A DNA stretch of 64,000 nucleotides from Candidatus Zhuqueibacterota bacterium (GTDB lineage: Bacteria; Zhuqueibacterota; Zhuqueibacteria; Thermofontimicrobiales; Thiofontviventaceae): contig JAFGOE010000125.1 of the NCBI GenBank assembly GCA_016926625.1, positions 21,341 to 85,340 of the forward strand. The letters run 5' to 3'. Within the stretch, counting starts at the first letter, position 1; each line of letters starts with the position of its first letter. The notes below the pieces were generated by a model. It did no database searches. It was not told the DNA's origin and was given only the letters and a program-made list of their open reading frames with translations. The translations under genes were made by a program, and so were the position numbers. Shown here one piece after another: positions 60,183-64,000 of the stretch.

Positions 60183-61251
60183 TCTAAAGACGAAAAGCTA
60201 TCCCGTCTATATCGGGAGCAATTCAACCACGAAACTATCTCCTCTGCTCACTACTCACGGAATCGAAAACCGTATAATTATCATCACCGACGATATTGTG
60301 GAAGGTCTCTATGGGAATCGATTATTAGAACAGTTAAGCGCTGACCACTACGAGGTCTCTATCTATTCTTTTCCAAACGGTGAACGCTCTAAATTTAGTA
60401 TCACGGTTGAACAGATTTATTCCTGGATGTTAGAGAACAACTGCAAACGCGACGTCACGATCATTGCACTGGGCGGCGGCGTGGTCGGTGATATTGCAGG
60501 ATTCGTTGCGGCGACCTTCATGAGAGGCGTACGTTATGTTCAAATTCCGACGACCCTGCTCGCGCAGGTCGATAGCAGTGTCGGCGGCAAGGTTGGAATC
60601 AATCATGAGCTTAGCAAAAACGTCATCGGTGCGTTTTATCACCCCCTGTTCGTGCTTATCGATCCTGCCGTGCTCAGCACGCTGAACCAACGTGAGATCA
60701 CATGTGGTCTTGGAGAGGTAATAAAATACGGACTTATTAAAGACATTGATCTATTCGTGGAACTCGAGGCACATTTGTATGATCTTTATGAATCAGACAA
60801 TCAACGTTGGATCGAAAAAATTATCTATCAGTGTTGCTCTATCAAAGCAGACATCGTCGAGCAAGACGAGCAGGAGAGCGGTATCAGACGTATTTTAAAT
60901 TTCGGGCATACGATCGGACATGCACTGGAAGCGGCGACAGGTTATGATTATCTCAATCACGGGGAGTCAATATTGTATGGAATGCTATCCGCATCCTATG
61001 TGGCACATCGGTTGAACTACCTGCAACGTCATGAATTCGAGCGTATCCTCCGGGTGCTCGCATTGATTGACAAGCCCCCTCTGCCTGACGATCTGACTGA
61101 GGACATGCTGATGCAACGGGTTAGACATGACAAAAAACAACAGGAATCAGGACTCCATTTCGTGTTATTGGATCGCATCGGACATGCGAAAATTGAATTA
61201 GTATCCGATCAGCTGGTACGCAGCGGCATTGCTCATCTCCTTCACAGTTAA
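60145..61251 (+). CDS. aroB: 3-dehydroquinate synthase
   Basis: The NAD site is GGGVVGDIAGF. The metal site is ...GHTIGHALE. Confidence 0.9.
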   Translation: MKSQPIKFQRSVNLKTKSYPVYIGSNSTTKLSPLLTTHGIENRIIIITDDIVEGLYGNRLLEQLSADHYEVSIYSFPNGERSKFSITVEQIYSWMLENNCKRDVTIIALGGGVVGDIAGFVAATFMRGVRYVQIPTTLLAQVDSSVGGKVGINHELSKNVIGAFYHPLFVLIDPAVLSTLNQREITCGLGEVIKYGLIKDIDLFVELEAHLYDLYESDNQRWIEKIIYQCCSIKADIVEQDEQESGIRRILNFGHTIGHALEAATGYDYLNHGESILYGMLSASYVAHRLNYLQRHEFERILRVLALIDKPPLPDDLTEDMLMQRVRHDKKQQESGLHFVLLDRIGHAKIELVSDQLVRSGIAHLLHS

Positions 61252-62507
61252 TCTGTCCTGCCTTTCCAGGCTCGTAAGCTACGAATCCGTTCCACCACGG
61301 GCGGGTGTGAATAATAAAATTTAGCGAAAAAGGGATGCGGATGCAGATTCGACAAATTATCCTTTGATAATTTAATTAGTGCACTGGCAAGCGGCTCAGG
61401 ATCACCAATTAACTCACACGCGAATCGATCGGCCTCACGTTCATGTTTTCTGGAAATATAGGCACTGAGCGGTGTGAAGGGGAATGATACAATTCCTAAG
61501 ACAAAACTCAGTAACATAATTTTTACGAAAAATGTTGAATCTGAAATTTGGAATGTTTCTATCAGGATATCTGATTTTAAGATCCGAAATGCCAGATATA
61601 TACCGGCAAAGCCTATCAGTTCCGATATAATGATCGTCTTCAGGATATGTTTCTTCTTCCAATGACCGGCTTCATGAGCCAATACCGAGATAATCTCATC
61701 ATGATTCATCTTCTGTAATAACGTATCAAACAAGACAATGCGTTTTACTTTGCCGATACCCGTAAAATATGCGTTCGTATGCCTGCTCCGTTTCGATGCA
61801 TCGATCTTGAAAACGCGACTCACCTTTAATCCTGCTTTTTCCATGACGTTCTTGATTTTGTCCTCCAACCCCTCTTCTTCGGTGATGGGGGTAAATTTAT
61901 TGAACAGAGGTTCGATGACGTACGGGGAGATATACATTAAAAACAGGCTGAAGATCAGGAAAAATGCCCATACCCAGAGCCACCAACTATCCGGGAAACT
62001 CTGGATCAACCACAAACCGATGGAACCGATAATGCCCATCAGGATCACAGAGATGATGAACGATTTAAGCAAATCGATGAGCCATAGTTTAAATGTCTTC
62101 GTGTTAAAACCGTATTTGTTTTCGATCTTGAATGTTTCATAAAGATCGAACGGGATATCGAGTATTGTGGATATAAAACTTAACAGGATAAAATAAACGA
62201 GTCCTTTTAATATGAAGCAAATCGTAAATCCATGAATCCACGTGTTATACATATCCAGCAGTCCACCGAAGATAAATAATAACAGGATCACATTATCGAA
62301 GATGGAAGAGATGTATCCGAAACGACTGTGTTCGACGGTGTAGTCGCGTGTCTTTTTCAGCAGCCCGGCATCGATATATCCATCAAATTCAGGCGGAATA
62401 GTCGCCCCATGTTTTTTGAGATACTTCAAGTTCAGAAATTTTAGATAGTAACTGAATGAAACGATTATCAGATATAGAAAGAGAAGTGCGAATTGAATCC
62501 TGTTCAT
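61248..62507 (-). CDS. M48-family (Ste24/HtpX-like) membrane zinc metalloprotease
   Basis: Multiple TM helices are followed by HEAGHWKKKH (HExxH), a downstream ExxxD and the C-terminal HPP motif. Confidence 0.8.
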   Translation of the reverse strand: MNRIQFALLFLYLIIVSFSYYLKFLNLKYLKKHGATIPPEFDGYIDAGLLKKTRDYTVEHSRFGYISSIFDNVILLLFIFGGLLDMYNTWIHGFTICFILKGLVYFILLSFISTILDIPFDLYETFKIENKYGFNTKTFKLWLIDLLKSFIISVILMGIIGSIGLWLIQSFPDSWWLWVWAFFLIFSLFLMYISPYVIEPLFNKFTPITEEEGLEDKIKNVMEKAGLKVSRVFKIDASKRSRHTNAYFTGIGKVKRIVLFDTLLQKMNHDEIISVLAHEAGHWKKKHILKTIIISELIGFAGIYLAFRILKSDILIETFQISDSTFFVKIMLLSFVLGIVSFPFTPLSAYISRKHEREADRFACELIGDPEPLASALIKLSKDNLSNLHPHPFFAKFYYSHPPVVERIRSLRAWKGRTD

Positions 62508-62510
62508 ATA

Positions 62511-63062
62511 TTAATCCTTATTCAAATTCCGGATACTAGTTGCAGATTTAACTGTTGTGCTTATGATTTTCTCAATAAGCCTTGACGTTGATATTTTCTC
62601 CAGACAGGGTGCGATGACAATCTTACCGCCGTTCATTTCGACAATGTGGCGTTCTTCCTGGTCAATCGTATCGATGGTATAATCTCCCCCTTTCACATAT
62701 ATGTCGGGCTTTAACCGACTCAATATATCAAGCGGTCTTGGTTCATGGAAAACGATGAGATAATCGATGTAAACGATGGAGTCTAAAACCAGGGCTCGTT
62801 CGACCTGGGACATCAGCGGTCGATCGTTCCCTTTGAGGGATTGAACCGACGCATCTCTGTTTAATCCGACGATCAGTATATCCCCTGTGTTTTTAGCGAA
62901 TTTAAGGTAGATGACATGGCCCGCATGCAGAATATCAAAACAACCGCTCGTCCAGACGACTTTCGCACCCTGTTCACGAAGCGGATTGATCCGCTCTATT
63001 AAGGTATCGAGTGGGAACAACTTGTTGATTTGGGTGAGATCGGGGTAGCTCAATGTCTTCAT
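62511..63062 (-). CDS. Heptose-1-phosphate adenylyltransferase-like cytidylyltransferase (RfaE/HldE domain II type), stand-alone
   Basis: The HxGH nucleotidyltransferase motif is GCFDILHAGHVIYL. Other matches are LIVGLNRDASV and KGGDY. The C-terminal ISTSRLIEKI is also present. Confidence 0.75.
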   Translation of the reverse strand: MKTLSYPDLTQINKLFPLDTLIERINPLREQGAKVVWTSGCFDILHAGHVIYLKFAKNTGDILIVGLNRDASVQSLKGNDRPLMSQVERALVLDSIVYIDYLIVFHEPRPLDILSRLKPDIYVKGGDYTIDTIDQEERHIVEMNGGKIVIAPCLEKISTSRLIEKIISTTVKSATSIRNLNKD

Positions 63063-63076
63063 AACATAAATTTATC

Positions 63077-64000
63077 TTACGCTCTCTCTTGCTTTAAAAT
63101 CACCTGCGCAGCTTCCAACAAATCAGATACGATATAATCGGCCTTAGCTGCCTCAATTTCAGATGCGTCGTAAAGATCTGTTTTTATCAGTATCGTCTTT
63201 AAATTTGCGTTGCGGCCTGTCTCCACATCGGTTAATCTGTCGCCTATAAAATAACTATGCGTCAGATCGATATTCATTTCTTCATTGGCGCGTTTGATCA
63301 GACCTATTTTAGGTTTACGACAATCACATTCTTCGGCGAGACTATGAGGGCAAAAATAGATCTTATCGATTAGGATATCGTTCTGATGCAGTTTATTCAA
63401 CATGACGCTGTTGACTCTGTAAAAATCCTGTTTCGTAAAATATCCCAGACCGATGCCTCCCTGATTGGTCACGATCACCAGACGATATCCCATATTTTTT
63501 ATCATTCGCATTCCATCGATGGCATTAGGGAGAAATTGAAATTCATCCGGAGCACTTAAGAAGCCCTTTTCTATATTGATTGTACCATCTCGATCAAGGA
63601 AAACCACGGGCGACGCCTTGGTGGATCTGCGTTCAAAATGTCCCACGTCCTCTATTTCCTCCACGTAATGAACAACGCTGTTAACGGATCCTGAGATCTT
63701 TTCGATAATTTGCGATGTCGAAATATCGACCTGCACCGGTATTAACTTCACCTGGCCTCCGAGACTTTCGATGACCCCTTTGGAGGTCAATTTGTCGGGG
63801 GAGTAATCACCGGCTTTGAAATAAATATGTGGCTGAAGTTCCTGGATATTGCGTTCATTTCGGCGTTCATCGAATAAAAAGGCGTAATCCACGACTTCCA
63901 GGGCAGCGATCAGACGAATTCTGTGCTGCTGTGGAATAATAGGTCGATTTTCACCCTTGTAGCGCTTGACCGATGCATCGGAATTGACGGCGACAATGAG
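63077..64000 (-). CDS. gmhB: Bifunctional fusion: N-terminal heptose-1-P adenylyltransferase-like domain plus C-terminal D,D-heptose 1,7-bisphosphate phosphatase (GmhB, HAD); 5' end lies outside the window
   Basis: Translating the same frame upstream of the track's GTG at 63892 continues without a stop to the window edge. It gives LIVAVNSDASVKRYKGENRPIIPQQHRIRLIAALEVVDYAFLFDE...FKAGDY...STSQIIEKI, the adenylyltransferase domain. The GmhB motifs follow: FLDRDGTIN, VTNQ and FCPH...CDCRKPKIGLI...IGDRLTDVETG. Confidence 0.75.
   Translation of the reverse strand, partial: LIVAVNSDASVKRYKGENRPIIPQQHRIRLIAALEVVDYAFLFDERRNERNIQELQPHIYFKAGDYSPDKLTSKGVIESLGGQVKLIPVQVDISTSQIIEKISGSVNSVVHYVEEIEDVGHFERRSTKASPVVFLDRDGTINIEKGFLSAPDEFQFLPNAIDGMRMIKNMGYRLVIVTNQGGIGLGYFTKQDFYRVNSVMLNKLHQNDILIDKIYFCPHSLAEECDCRKPKIGLIKRANEEMNIDLTHSYFIGDRLTDVETGRNANLKTILIKTDLYDASEIEAAKADYIVSDLLEAAQVILKQERA

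Noticed and set aside
1-64000. CRISPR arrays, tRNA/rRNA genes, transposases/IS elements, integrases or phage genes
   Set aside because: No direct-repeat arrays are present. No tRNA-like T-arm or acceptor signatures appear in any intergenic gap. No DDE-transposase, integrase or phage structural homologs occur among the ORFs. The window appears to be core chromosome.

Overview
The window reads as a gene-dense (about 90% coding) stretch of core bacterial chromosome from an anaerobic Gram-negative organism. I found no rRNA, tRNA, CRISPR array, transposase or prophage genes. An Rnf complex, a T9SS C-terminal sorting domain on a giant surface protein, and LPS (KDO/Lpt) genes suggest an FCB-superphylum-like or candidate-phylum lineage. 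The features run in this order. (1) A partial GT4 glycosyltransferase, a secreted beta-helix protein, then on the minus strand an FAD oxidoreductase, IPP isomerase (idi), diphosphomevalonate decarboxylase and endonuclease III. (2) A 1283-aa secreted BNR/PKD/NDPP-repeat protein with a T9SS C-terminal domain. (3) A tightly overlapping operon gatC-kdsB-pyrG-kdsA-kdsC-kdsD-lpxL-lptC-lptA-lptB-rpoN, followed by hflKC, hslVU, an OTCase-like gene, a FemAB-like/GT4-like pair and ychF. (4) A minus-strand operon rnfCDGEA-tatC-nadA-PHP(TrpH-like) with no rnfB, then nrdR, glyA and a run of exported hypotheticals (TPR lipoprotein, OM beta-barrel, lipoproteins, orphan hutI-like amidohydrolase, M64-like metallopeptidase). 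(5) valS, a DUF4139-like protein, recG and a 7TM-GAF-PP2C (SpoIIE-like) sensor. (6) An aromatic amino-acid operon (chorismate mutase, DAHP synthase I-beta, tyrA, aroA, aroE, aroK, aroB) preceded by what looks like a leader-peptide transcription attenuator. That attenuator has a consensus promoter, a 26-aa ORF with the run FYYYYF, and an intrinsic terminator 12 nt before the first gene. (7) An M48/Ste24-like protease, a heptose-1-P adenylyltransferase paralog, and an adenylyltransferase-GmhB fusion gene running off the window end. Other non-coding signals are three perfect TTGACA-N17-TATATT promoters, a 26-nt AT-rich element repeated in two promoter regions, a palindrome upstream of the gatC promoter and two intrinsic terminators. 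My hand-counted coordinates in intergenic regions may be off by 1-2 nt. CDS coordinates follow the supplied ORF track, with starts adjusted in whole codons where homology or an RBS supports a downstream start.
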